From assembly GCA_050230475.1 (NCBI GenBank), contig JBFLGF010000060.1, forward strand, positions 1-64,000: a stretch of DNA of 64,000 bases, written 5' to 3'. The translations under genes were made by a program, and so were the position numbers. Below, piece by piece: positions 14,687-26,569 of the stretch. The notes under the pieces are model-generated. The model was given only the letters and a program-made list of their open reading frames with translations, was not told the origin of the DNA and searched no databases. This DNA comes from Ancylonema sp. Lineage: Eukaryota. The first letter of the stretch is position 1; the number at the start of each line of letters is the position of its first letter.

Positions 14687-17600
14687 CTGGGGGTGGCAAA
14701 ACCACGAACCTGAACCCCAACCACAGTCATTTTGTTCTGCTGTCAGCCGATAATCCGTTACTTTTTGTGGCTGTATCATTATATACAAATATATATATTT
14801 ATAAAAAAAAACAACAAAAAAAAACAAAACAAAAAAAAACAAACCTGCCCCCGGAGTTTGCGCCACTTTCGGTTTCAGTGAGCATCCATCAGTGAGTGGA
14901 CAACGAATCGTTTCCGAGTTTCGGAATGTAATCGCTGTTGACTTAATTCAGAACCCTGAACCCTGAACTCTGTGACTCCGCATTCGCATCCTAACAACCA
15001 GAATCTTATATCGTCGCCGTTCCTTTGCCAGAGAAGGTGTATGGAATCGGTACACATACTAGAGGGTAGAATGAAGGTCTTCAGTGGGGCCAACAAATTC
15101 AGTGATTCCCAAACAGAGTCTGCGTCCTCATTGCCCTCAGGTTTGAAGAGTCGTTTCTACGGTGGATTTATGACCAGGAAGCTACTTTACACCCTCAGAA
15201 AGTTTTCTTGTGATTTCCAACCTCTCTCTCTCTCAGAAATGATTTGTGGCTTTATTTACAGATTATTAGTGTAATGTTTTCGGCATACCTCCGTGTAAGC
15301 ACACCCTCTTGTTCCGTCACTGTATCCATACGTATCGTTCTCCTACCCTCTTTGAAGCACACGTTCTACTTAGGAACAAAAATTTACCCCAACCGAACAA
15401 GGGTTGACTGTACTACAACGGACTTTCATAGAAGAGATGATCGGCCAACACAACACTGCAAATATATTTTACAGGTTGTTAAAACGAAAAGCTTGACCGC
15501 TACAGGCGATAGGTGATTTGTTTAACATGTGACAATCTGATCCCTGTGAGCCATCATTGGTTTGTTCTCCCGTGTAAGTACTTCGCAAATAACACCTGCT
15601 GGACTCCATCGACTTCTCTCATTATGCAATGAAGAATGGAGACATGGCGAGGCATACGACGTTACACCTTTATAAAAGAAGGGTGGATGCAAGAGTTGGT
15701 GGATACCAATTCCACCCTCTGTGATGGAAAGAGTGAGTGAAAGTGGCGAGATCTGTTGGACGTTGAAAGGGAATCAATCTTATGATGACGTAGAACAGGG
15801 TCCCGAGCTTCAATAATCATCACTGCCAGTACTTAGCGATGGCCAAATCCAGTTCGGGAAACGACCATGTTCCGATTGATAAACGGAAAATTGCCAGTCA
15901 ACGGCCATCATCCTCTCGGATGGGTCGGTATATTACGAATATGATCTGCTGCACAGCTGTCGGCACGTGCTAAGCAAATGGGCAAATATTGTACATACGG
16001 GCGTGCAGCGTCGTGAATTCTACCGAAAACGGGCAATCTGCTGCGAGATAGTTTGAGATAACGAGAAGGCTAAGAGCAACTATGCAAAAATACATTTTCT
16101 TCTTCAAGTTCTAACAACATTTTCACTTTATATATTATTTGCCGACAACTCGTGGTAAGTCTCAACCACAAGATCCAACAGCATATTCAGAACGTCTGGC
16201 CTACTAGATACGTGATTTGAAGACTTCACAATGTCACGCATTCTACCTGTAGAGAAGCAGCGAGGCGCTGGAGGGGGGATCTAAAATTCCCAAGCTTCTG
16301 CCTCAACGCCATCACTTCAGGTTTGCAAGAGCTAGAAGATATTTGTATGTTCGTGTAAAACTCTCTACTCCATGCAATTTTTATCAATCCATGCAACTGT
16401 TCTGCCGGTAAGTTGACCGCCGTGCAGAAATTGATCTGCAGCCAGACAGGGGCTCTGGGGCTCTGGGGGGGAACTTTCGGCCGGAAAAAGTGAATGTCCT
16501 ACGCATAGATGGGTCAGCACCGTGCGCAAGATTTGCGCGCGCGTGCGGCCCGCGTGCCGCATCGGGACAATTTCTCTAAGGGAGAGACTGCGGGCACCCC
16601 CCTCCGTAATAGTGAACGGGCATCCAGCGAAAATTCGCTCTACACAGTGTCCCGGACCGATGTACCGTGATTATTTTTCGTTATCACCGTCTCGGAGCTA
16701 CCTCCTCGCTCCTGCCGCTGTCGCTGCGTCCCTGCGTCACAGTCGCTGTGTCGGGTGGTGCCTCCATGCATGCTGCTGCGTACGTCCTCCTCTCCGCTTC
16801 GAATTCTGCGCTGCAGAATCTCCGTGCGTTGCATGCGGTAATTGATTTTCTCCCACTGTGCAATTGTGATTTGTGCCACTCTAATTGCGCGCTTCGGTTG
16901 CTCGCTACATGGGTGGTGTCTTATGCTCCGCTGCTTGTAGCTCGTTGCCGAGGTCCCGCGATGTTCATGCCGACTAATAACGTGGATCCAGTGATTTTTC
17001 TTTCTTTAGAGGCCGGTCAGACGATCGAATGGACGTTGGGAAGTACCTTCAGACTGAACAAATACGACAAGTAGGCACGCCATGCCAAGCTGAATCTGTC
17101 GCAACTCCAAGATGGATCTTCCGCTTCTTTCCTACACCTAAGCTTCAGAATTAGGTGTCGCGCAAGAAGCGGCTGGCGCGAGTGAATGCTGCCTCAAGCT
17201 CGGAGAGCTCCCCCTCCCATGTGAGATGTATTCTGAAGCAAATCCTTCAAAAAAGGTGAGATACAAAGGGGAGAGGGCGAGGGAGAGGAAGAGGGAGAGG
17301 GAGAGGGATATAAACTATATATTCATACCTCGAGCAAACATAGCTGTTTTTGGATTTACATGTTAATTTCCGAAGCACGGTACCATACAATGTGAGATAG
17401 AAAGAGGGAGAGGGACAAAAAACAGTATATTCATTACATTCTTGATCAAAATTCAGTTGTACGGGCGTTGAATGGATATCCATTGTGGATTTTATTTTTC
17501 CACGCATTTTTGTTTTATTTTTTCGTGTCTCGAAAATGTCGCTTTGTACACTTATTTTTAGTATTATAACGCCATTTAAATGTTGCTACATTTTCTGCAT

Positions 17601-17708
17601 TTTGTGGGAAGATTGGGTGCAATTTTTGGGGGATGTTTATGGAAAGAGTGGGTGTAAGCACTTAACTGTCGTTTATATTGTTTTGTTATTTATCCATTCT
17701 TATTACAG

Positions 17709-18247
17709 ATGTCACTCCCGCCTGACCCACTTGCCCCACCCGCCCCACTTGGCCCCCCACCATCAGGGGCTACAATCTACGCATCCCGGAAGTAGTTGTT
17801 TGACTCGGTGCAAACACATAGTCTTCATTTAGGATACGCTATCACTACTAAAAGGTCGAAGAAAAATGTGCCCATTTATCACTCTGATCGAAGGGGTAGT
17901 TATGAGACTTGTTGGGCGATAGTGGACGGAGATCGAAAACGCAGAATAGGGTCCCGACAGTTAGGTTGTCCTTTTAAAATCTGAGCAAGGTGTACAATAG
18001 TGGGGTGGAGGGTAAGGGTGAAAGATAACAACCACAATTATGACGTATCTCTTACTATGCTAGCGGATCTGTAACTCGTAGGTGGTCAGAGGAAGATAAG
18101 AAAGAGGTAATCGAGAAGACAAAAGTAAATCCACTGTCTCAAATCGCCGGGTTGATGATGGCCTCCAACAAATTGATGACGAGACGTGATGTGAGCAACA
18201 TTAAAATGTATGAGAGGTTGAAGAGACTTGCGGGTCGGACTCCGATT
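17709..18247 (+). pseudogene. Mutator/MULE transposase N-terminal relic (FAR1/WRKY-like domain)
   Basis: LFDSVQTHSLHLGYAITTKRS...RKRRIGSRQLGCPFKI*...W.V.V...HNY, then TRRDVSNIK...LAGRTPI; stops and frameshifts. Confidence 0.65.
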
Positions 18248-19848
18248 CTTCGACCCAGTCCGCTTCACCTCCCTGCAATCTCCTTCAAATCTGGATGTGG
18301 TCTATTCCAACGCGGGGGAGAGGCAAAGAAACTTCATCGAAGCAGGTGTCCACAACTTTCTTCAAGCACCCGTGGTCAATGTGAAAGACCCACACCATGT
18401 TATGTCAAAACGGCCACTCGTCATCCTAAACTCGTCCACAAACAAGTGTGAAACTTTTCTCCCTTGTCACTCTATCAACTTCATACCAACGCCAATTGTA
18501 CTTCTCCAGGTTATCGCATAGCTTGCAAAGAGCCTTGTGGCTTGTGAACTCGAGTGACTATCGTTTTGTTATTTCATGCCATACCATCTTAGGTGTAGGA
18601 AAAAATTGCATTGTAGTGATTGATATTAAATTCACATGTACTCGCAACGAGCTCGATGTGCTTGGAACATGTTAGTTGTACTCCGTTAGGTGTCTACGGG
18701 TCATCCGAAGACGTTTGTCTCGTAGGCAATACGAGTTGTGGTGTACGACAATGATGCTCTCACGTTTTCTTAAAATAGATTGCATCTTGCGATTTTTTCC
18801 CCTACGGAACCTGTAATTGTTTGTGACGCATTGTGTATCACTCGTTGCGAATTTCAACTTGTTCGGCATGAACCATTCTTGATATGGCATCTACAATCAT
18901 TCACTCTAATGAAATTCATGTCTTTACAAGACTTAAGAGTTCCCGACTTAGGCATCTCAAAAAGGGACAGCAATGGATTGGATTTGTCATGGATCATAAT
19001 TATACCTTACCCTATTGCCTTAGCAACAAAAGTCATTAAATTGATATCAATGGAAGCATTAGGAAACGCATCGAAAATACAAAGTGCCGCTAATTTTATT
19101 GCAAACATACATCTAACCACTACGCTCCTCTAAGCTCCGTAATCCCCCCCCCCGTGAACACGTAACAGAAAAATACGATGTTGGTGATGGAGTTCTATAT
19201 TCCAAATGTAGGTCCTAGAGGGTAAGAATGTTTCGATTAAAATTTGGGGAAATGCAACAACACTTCAATAACATTTAATGACTAAAAACACGTACGCGAA
19301 ACACATTTTTGGAGTAACCAAAAAAACAAAAACAAAATGGTGTGAAAAAATAATCTCCACAATGAATGTCCATTGAAATGTAAAACCGTACTTCGACTTT
19401 GGTAATACATATGAAAACTAGAAGCAATGCCACCTGGAGGTATGAATCATTCGCTCGTAGCCTCTTCACATTTCCGAAAAGTGAAAAGTGAAAGGCAGAC
19501 ACTAAACACATTCATTGCTTACTTACACCCAAGTGTATCTACAAACATCCCCACTTGTATACCTCTCCCTCTCCCGCTCTCTATCTCACCTTATTTGAAA
19601 GAGTGCTTCAGACTACAGATTCAGATGTGAGGGGGACCTCTCCAACCTCAAGGCAGCAGTCACTCGCGTCAGCCACTTCCTGCGCGATAGCTATTTGTCA
19701 TGCTTTTGTATGAGAAAGAAGCGCCAAATCCAACTTAAAGTTGCGCCAGTTTCTTCCCCACGCTCTCACGACTTTTTCATGTTGGGCTCCGGGCTCTTTG
19801 GGCTCATTTGGGCTCAAAAATCCGGCCGGAAAAAGTGAACGTCCTATG

Positions 19849-20196
19849 CATAGATGGGTCTGCACCGTGCGCAAGATTTGCGCACGCGCGCGGCACGCGT
19901 GCCGCTCCGGGACAATTTCTCTTATCGGTTTCGGACATCGAAATTTGACTACATAGTGAGTACTGACCCATTTTGCAACTGTAAGTAATTCGATATAACA
20001 TCTTAGGCCCTAAATTGAATACTGCCACGTTGTAACCGGATCACCAAATACATTTCGTGATTTTTGGAAATCCCGGTGTAGGAAGTACCCCCCCCCCCCA
20101 AGGGGATAATAATATAATGTTAAAGCCTATGGGTCAGCACCGTGCGGCACGCGTGCGCAAAAAAAATAATGCACGCACTCCAAAGATCCATCTATG
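19849..20196. mobile_element. hAT-type MITE (348 bp)
   Basis: TIRs CATAGATGGGTC / GATCCATCTATG; exact TSD GTCCTATG (19841-19848, 20197-20204); related fragments at 16504-16577 and 26900-27184. Confidence 0.85.
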
Positions 20197-20212
20197 GTCC
20201 TATGTTCGACAT

Positions 20213-21606
20213 TAGGGTGCGGGGAGCCCGGAGCCCAATGAGCCCGGAGCTCACAAGATCCGGGCTCATTGAGCCCGGAGCCCACAGGTTGGAAAAATCA
20301 TAGCCTCCGAGCCCAAGGAGCCCAAAGAGGCCGGAGCCCAGATCGGAGCCCGGAGATCGGAGCCCGGAGCCCTGAACAGTTGGGCTCATTTGGGCGCCCT
20401 TGAGCTCATTTGGGCTCATCTCGGCTCATCTGGACTCATTTGGGCTCATTTGGAAGCGAAATCAATAGCTTGAGGGGAAAAAAATGGAGGGTTTAGGTGA
20501 CGGACGATGTATGTTTCTGTACCGCCAACTCATTGCTTCAGTGACTTTATTGTTCACTTCGTGACCGACGATCAATCGATCATACAATCTATTTTAGAGC
20601 AATACATCATCACCGACGTTCGTTATTTTTGTTGTGCTGCCTAGAAGTATTTGTGTGCGAGTTTTAGACAATAAGGGAGCACACATGGTCGACAACACTT
20701 ATATCCGGAGCTTGCCGACACTTTGCTTGCTATGCAAGAAGTAGAGGATGGTCTGAAGGAAAAACAGAAGCTACAAAACGAGCAAATGGAGCACATGTTT
20801 GAAAAATACCTCTGGAAACAACATTTCCGCCAACGTCCTAGACTTGATGGGAAGACACGTCACGAGAAATCGAATTCACGGTCTAATCAAGCAGCTTATT
20901 CACCGAATTTTACCTCTCATAGTGAATTATATTTATTGAGCACTATTGGAAGTAGACTCAACAGTCTCAGTAGCCTCACACGCTAGGAGTTGGTGCAGTG
21001 TTTGGTGTGATACATGTGTATTTCACACGATTGATCAATATAAATGTTTTGTATCACTTTCACTCACGTGTCACTTTCACTCACGTGTCACATATATGTG
21101 CCGAAAATATATTTGGTTCCAAAAGCGCGCACTCTATCTTGTTTTTTGCTTCATATAGTCGGTTAGGGAAATAGTAAACGCTCCTATGCAGTCGCGAACA
21201 TCAATGGAAACATGAAGATGGACGGTGAAATATGATCACCATGCCAATCACTCCTAGTGATCCAAGTGAACATGATAAGTAATGTAGTCCACAAATATGA
21301 CCTTGAAATTGTCAACTTCGCTGAAAACACTATTTTCTCAATTTTTAATTATAAATGATCAATAGTGTTATGAAGATGGTGTTCTATTAGCTACCCATAA
21401 TGGAGTACCTACCTCTTCACTGGAGACCTTCCGGTGTGATTTACTTTCCTAAACTTTTCATGTTGGGCTCCGGGCTCTTTGGGCTCATTTGGGCTCATTT
21501 GGGCTCCGGGCTCCGATCCGGGCTCCGGGCTCATGAGGCTTGGGCTCCGGGCTCATGAGGCCGGAGGCCGTAGCCCGGAGCATATGCTTGGGCTCCCCGC
21601 ACCCTA
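20213..21606. mobile_element. Non-autonomous hAT-like element with GAGCCC/GGGCTC subterminal arrays
   Basis: TIRs TAGGGTGCGGGGAGCC / GGCTCCCCGCACCCTA; dense GAGCCC and GGGCTC repeats at both ends; no TSD found. Confidence 0.7.
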
Positions 21607-22990
21607 ACGGTGTGTCGAATCGACACGCCGTTGCATCCGATCTTGGGGGGGAACTTCCGCCCGCCACATTTATGGGTAGTCCAAGCTTAATGTAGCGTAA
21701 CGTGAGATTTATCTATCAGATTAAATCGAATTTTGGATATTACGGTAGCTGACCCTAAGACCTTCAAAAAGAACCCTTTTTGGACGTCACCCAACAAGCG
21801 GAGGAGATTGAAACCCATTTTATAGTGAAAATTCCGTTAACTTTTCGTTCAGATTTAAGCTCGGCCTACAGTTTTTTTTTTGGGCCCGTTCACTTTACGT
21901 ATTGAACCTTTATCTCGATGTTCCAGGCCGTTCATTTTCCAATTTTGAACGGACCAGTTCGATTTTGTCTGGTCACTTTACACTCAAATGCCGGTCACTT
22001 TCTCAAAATTTAGTTTGGTCACGTTATTTTTTGGTCGCCCAATTAGCGGATTCCCATCCGACCACGGCGGGCAACGACGGGCGCGGTAGATAATTCAAGT
22101 TGGCCTTGTATCGAAGAAACGTTTTCCAGCATTCGCCAACCGGAGTTTAGCACCTGCGGGGGGGTTCGTCGACCACCGCAATAAACAATCAAGCGGTAAT
22201 CATAAATTGACCTTCCAGGCCTTCGAGACTTAGAATGGCTTATAGATCATTGCGTAGACTTCTTCGGTTGCATCATAGAGTCGGATACCATTTTATCAAA
22301 AAACAGCAAGATGGAGTTTGTCCCAGAGAGGTCGAGGACTTTCCGGGTGCAATTGGTTCTAGTCCGGATCCGAAACCCAACGGCAATGTAATGTCGTGCA
22401 TCAGGGTCTCGGGATACACGCTCCCGGTTTTTTTACAATATTTTCCATTTTTTTTGGGATTTTTCCAACTGCACCGTTTACTTTACACTAAAAAATCCGG
22501 TCACTTTCCTTCATCTCAAATATTTCCGCCGTTCATTCCTTCACTTTTATTCAAAAGTATTATCTCCAAGAATCTTGAGGCCGAGCTGTGTAACGGATCG
22601 ACAGTACGCGTTTAGTACTTTCCGCTATATATCGATATTTGGTATAAGTATCGATTCAGACTATAAACAAGTTCGCTTATAGAGAGGGTCACTGGCCGGG
22701 TGCTAGCGCCCAAAAGTTCAATATTATTGATCTTGCGCACGGTTGCCCCGCAATGATTATTAATTTAATAATAGATACTGCCGTCCCTTCTAGACGACAA
22801 TATTCTATTTGGCATTCGACGATTCGAATTGCCGGTCCGCACGCACGGTCTAACCGTGCGGACCAAGAGACAAGTGACGTATAGTCAACGGTCAATGTAG
22901 GGCTTGGAGCCCGCATCGAGAGTTCAACTCGTGGAGCAATATAGTGGCGTGGGCAACTGTTGTTAAGTGAGGGCGTGAAACACCCTCAAC

Positions 22991-23452
22991 TGTTAGGGGT
23001 GGATGCAAGAGCCCCTAGCAAGCAAGTTGCAAAATGCACACAAGCAACAATGGCGAAAGGCCGGATAGGACAAGATGGCACGATCCGGATGGAATGGTTG
23101 TGTTGGTGTAATGAAAATTCAAGATGAGTACAAGTACATGAGTTGATGGGAATGCTCTGCTGGCATTCCTATCGGCTAGATATAGGAAAGTTGGCCCTAG
23201 CCGACTCTAGGAACAATGTGGGATAACTAACTCAAAGTCGGCTACGTACACAACATAATCTGGCTAAAGGCACAATTGACATGGCTAAGGACACAACAGA
23301 ATACTCCCTAACAGCCAGGCGGCCGCTAGGGACACAAGTCTCATTATAAAAGGGGGAAACTCGCTATAGGGAAATATGCTCTAGTAGTGCTCTAGCGCTA
23401 AATATGGGGACCTCGCTAGGGAGCCCTAGTGAGTGTAGCGACGGTCCTAACA
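22991..23452. mobile_element. Solo LTR (462 bp)
   Basis: TGTTAGG...CCTAACA inverted termini; flanks TCAAC / TAAAC (4 of 5 match); internal TATAAAA. Confidence 0.7.
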
Positions 23453-24399
23453 TAAACTGTTTTGAGTCTGAGCTCGATTCGTTCGAGGACTGTGACTTCA
23501 AGCATTCACGCCAGATTCAATCACTTGTGTTTTGAGAAGCCCTAGTTGGTGTAGATATGGGTACAGCATGACGGTTATTCGAGTTGCACATGTTTATAAA
23601 GTTTAATCTACATACGTACATCGCTCTGTGGCGGTGTGCTTCATTGATAACAGTGCGATTTTTCGTTCCACGCTCTTCCCTCTTACTTTGATATGGGTAG
23701 CAGCTTAGGATATTATCGCGGAGAGTAGAAATTTATCATTTTTATATCCGCAACCCAATTTGTTGTCCGTATTCGTGGAGGCGCTCATTTAGGCATAACT
23801 GTCAATCAACACCCTGTTTTGACGAGCCATACTCTAGCATACATTGCTCACAGGTCTCTAAGCTGAATTGCAACAAATTTCGTGAGTATCTAGAAGACTA
23901 AAAAAGAAAACTCGAAAAAAATTTAGATCTGAAATTGGTTTAGTATGTTGGATATGACATGCAAAAGAAATGTCTACTGATTCCGGTTCTGGAAATCAGT
24001 CCATTTTGGATTGTCTCTGTTTCAAAAGTGTTGTGTTCTGTATTTTTATCAGTTTGAGCCGAAATTTGATGGAATAGATGCGAAATTCTTACTGCTCTCT
24101 TTTTCATATTGTAAGGTTGCGAACTACAACAAGTCAAATTCAGAGCTCCATCGGAGCAGAATTCAGCCGAGCGCAAGTTGCGACGTGGACGAAGGCTGAA
24201 GTGGCGCAACTGGCGCAAGGGCGCAAAAGCTGCACCTGAACATGACAACATTTTGCTTATGAGGCAGCACAGCGCCGTGTAGGCCACGTGCTTGGAACCT
24301 CATAGACTTAATTGAAGTAAAACTATTCGTGGTCGGTTAGTGGCCGAGGGCGTTACTTCTTGGAAGCCAAAGTCGGGAGTGACAGTTTAAACACTCGTA

Positions 24400-26299
24400 G
24401 ACTTCGAACAAACAGACCCTTATTCACATAACGTGATTCGTTGGGTTATCTTGTTTGACGGTAGTCTTCTAACTTGGTTAGGGAGTACCCTACCAAGTGG
24501 AAGCCAAGGTGACACCGAGGAACTTAGCTTCATCCAGTCCTTGGGGAAGCGTAACAAGGCGGAACAACAGACCAAGGAAAAGGGTGGATCCGGTGGATCC
24601 GGATACCCCCTCAAGAAAGGCACGATATTTGTTGATTTAGTCAAAAGGTGAGGGTTCTTCCAATACGTACGCGAAGAGCCAAACAAGTAAACCGAGACTT
24701 AGTGTCGTTCTCCGGCAAAAGTTGTTTACGGAAAACAAGTGTTTTGTGTGCCACCAGACCGGTCACATAGCCGGTGATTGCCCTATCCGAGTGGGAGTTG
24801 GCGAGGCTAGTGGGAATGGTGGGAAGAATGGTGGCAAGGTGGTAAAAGGGTAGCTCGCCCTGACTTGGAGTCACGGGGTGAGCTAGTCCAGGCAAAATTT
24901 GTAGTCGCCAACAAAAAAGATTTCATTGAATTGACTGGACAATCTCCACTTATCGTTTGCAATGAGATTCATACGTCATTTGTTGATGATGTGTACAAAT
25001 GTGATGCCATGACTTCACCTACTTTCTCCACTTGCTTATTTTCGTTGATATCACACACCAGCCAGCAGATGTGTATCTGTGATTCTGTGCATGCCACCTG
25101 GAAAGGAGTTAGTCGATTGCATTAAACATTCAAATACGATGGCGGGTTCATTCAAGTGTTTTCTCATGAAACCTAAGTCATGCACCACAAGCTGGTCGAT
25201 TGCATTATCGGTAGAGAGGCAAATTCAAAGGGGTGAAAAGGTCAATCAGGTGCATGCTTCAGGAATAACCCTCACTAACTGTCCTGAAGAACATTCCCTA
25301 ATGATAAGTGCTACCAATGCAAAGATGTTTGCAATTTCACCGGATGACACAACATTGTCATTCGAAGCTCGTGTGGCTGGTACACCAATAAAATTAAGTT
25401 TGGATACCCTTGCCAGCCAAAACTTCATAAGTGAAACGTTTGCTCGTCAACATCGCATTGCGTTCACTCCTCGTGACAAGGTCAAGGTGACTTTGGGGGA
25501 AGGACATGAGGTCAATTTTTTGGGTCACGTGACTCTTCATACGAAATTGGCACCGTACAACCGCAAAGTTGGTTTCAATGTGCTTTCATTAGCACCGGGT
25601 ATTAACGCTGTTGTTGGCTTAAAATGGTCGAATCAACATAATGCGGTTATCGATTTCGGTTTGAAATCGTGTAGGATAAACAAGGGAGTGCGCTTCATGA
25701 CATTGAAAATTATTCAACGTCCGACTGAAAAGCCGATCACACCCTTGCTATTATCCCATCAACTATCCAAAGCCATAAAGAAAGGTGCTACGACTTTCTT
25801 CGTGCAACTCTGAACTCTTGAAGAAGAGTTGGCGGGTGGCGAGGAATGGTCAAAGCAAAAAAAGGAATCGATGCCGAGCATTCCTCCTCGGATGTCGACA
25901 TTGCTAACTAAGTTTAGCGATGTGTTCCCGGAGGACCTCCCGGCTGGGTTGCCTCTTGATCGGGGAACGGATCACACAATTCCTTTGGAACCGGATGCTA
26001 AGCCAATCTTTGAACCGATGTACCGGTTAAGTCCTCTTGGGGTTAAAGAGGCAAAGACACAAATAACGGAATACCTGGCGAAGGGGTGGATCACCCCAAG
26101 TTCATCGCCGTATGGTCAACCAATTATGTTTGTCAGCAAGAATTGGGGGAGTTTGCTTATGTGCATCAATTTTCGAGCACTAAACAAACAAACCGTAAAA
26201 AACCGATATGCTTTGCCACGTATCGATGATCTCTTATATCAATTAAATGGCGCGAACTTATTCACGGCTTTGGACCTTGCTCAAGGGTATCATCGAATT
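24400..26299 (+). mobile_element. Truncated, degenerate Ty3/gypsy gag-pol fragment
   Basis: CCHC knuckle CFVCHQTGHIAGDC (~24740-24781); protease LDTLASQNFIS; RT N-terminus SPYGQPIMFV, FRALNKQTVKNRYALPRIDDL, LDLAQGYHRI, then abrupt truncation; 5' boundary approximate. Confidence 0.9.
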
Positions 26300-26569
26300 C
26301 GGAGGAGGACGCGGCGACGGCGGCGGCGGCGAAATCAGGCCTAAAATAATCCTAAATGACCCCTCTTAACCTTGGTTAACCTTGTTTAACCCGATTAACC
26401 CTTTTCAACCTTGGTTAACCCCGATAACCCTAGGGTTATCGGATTAAATTAGGGTTCACCCGTAACTTTAGGATTTTAACCCTCATTTCGGGAGCAGGGA
26501 TAAATCACGATATTAACCTCGAGATTAAGGGTTAAGGGTCATTAGGGTTAAGGATTAACCCCCACTCTA
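26300..26569. mobile_element. End of a hAT-like DNA transposon that truncates the gypsy RT
   Basis: TTAACC/GGTTAA subterminal array ending TTAACCCCCACTCTA (TAGAG-type terminus on the - strand); other end not found. Confidence 0.5.

Noticed and set aside
15560..16360. Coding-like sequence (also 8080-8650, 18250-19130, 21900-22600)
   Set aside because: Stop-riddled with no motif I could recognise; probably decayed transposon DNA, needs a translated search
20213..20450. CRISPR-like array (also considered at 29202-29437 and 49560-49695)
   Set aside because: Short degenerate transposon subterminal motifs without regular unique spacers; no cas genes; eukaryotic context
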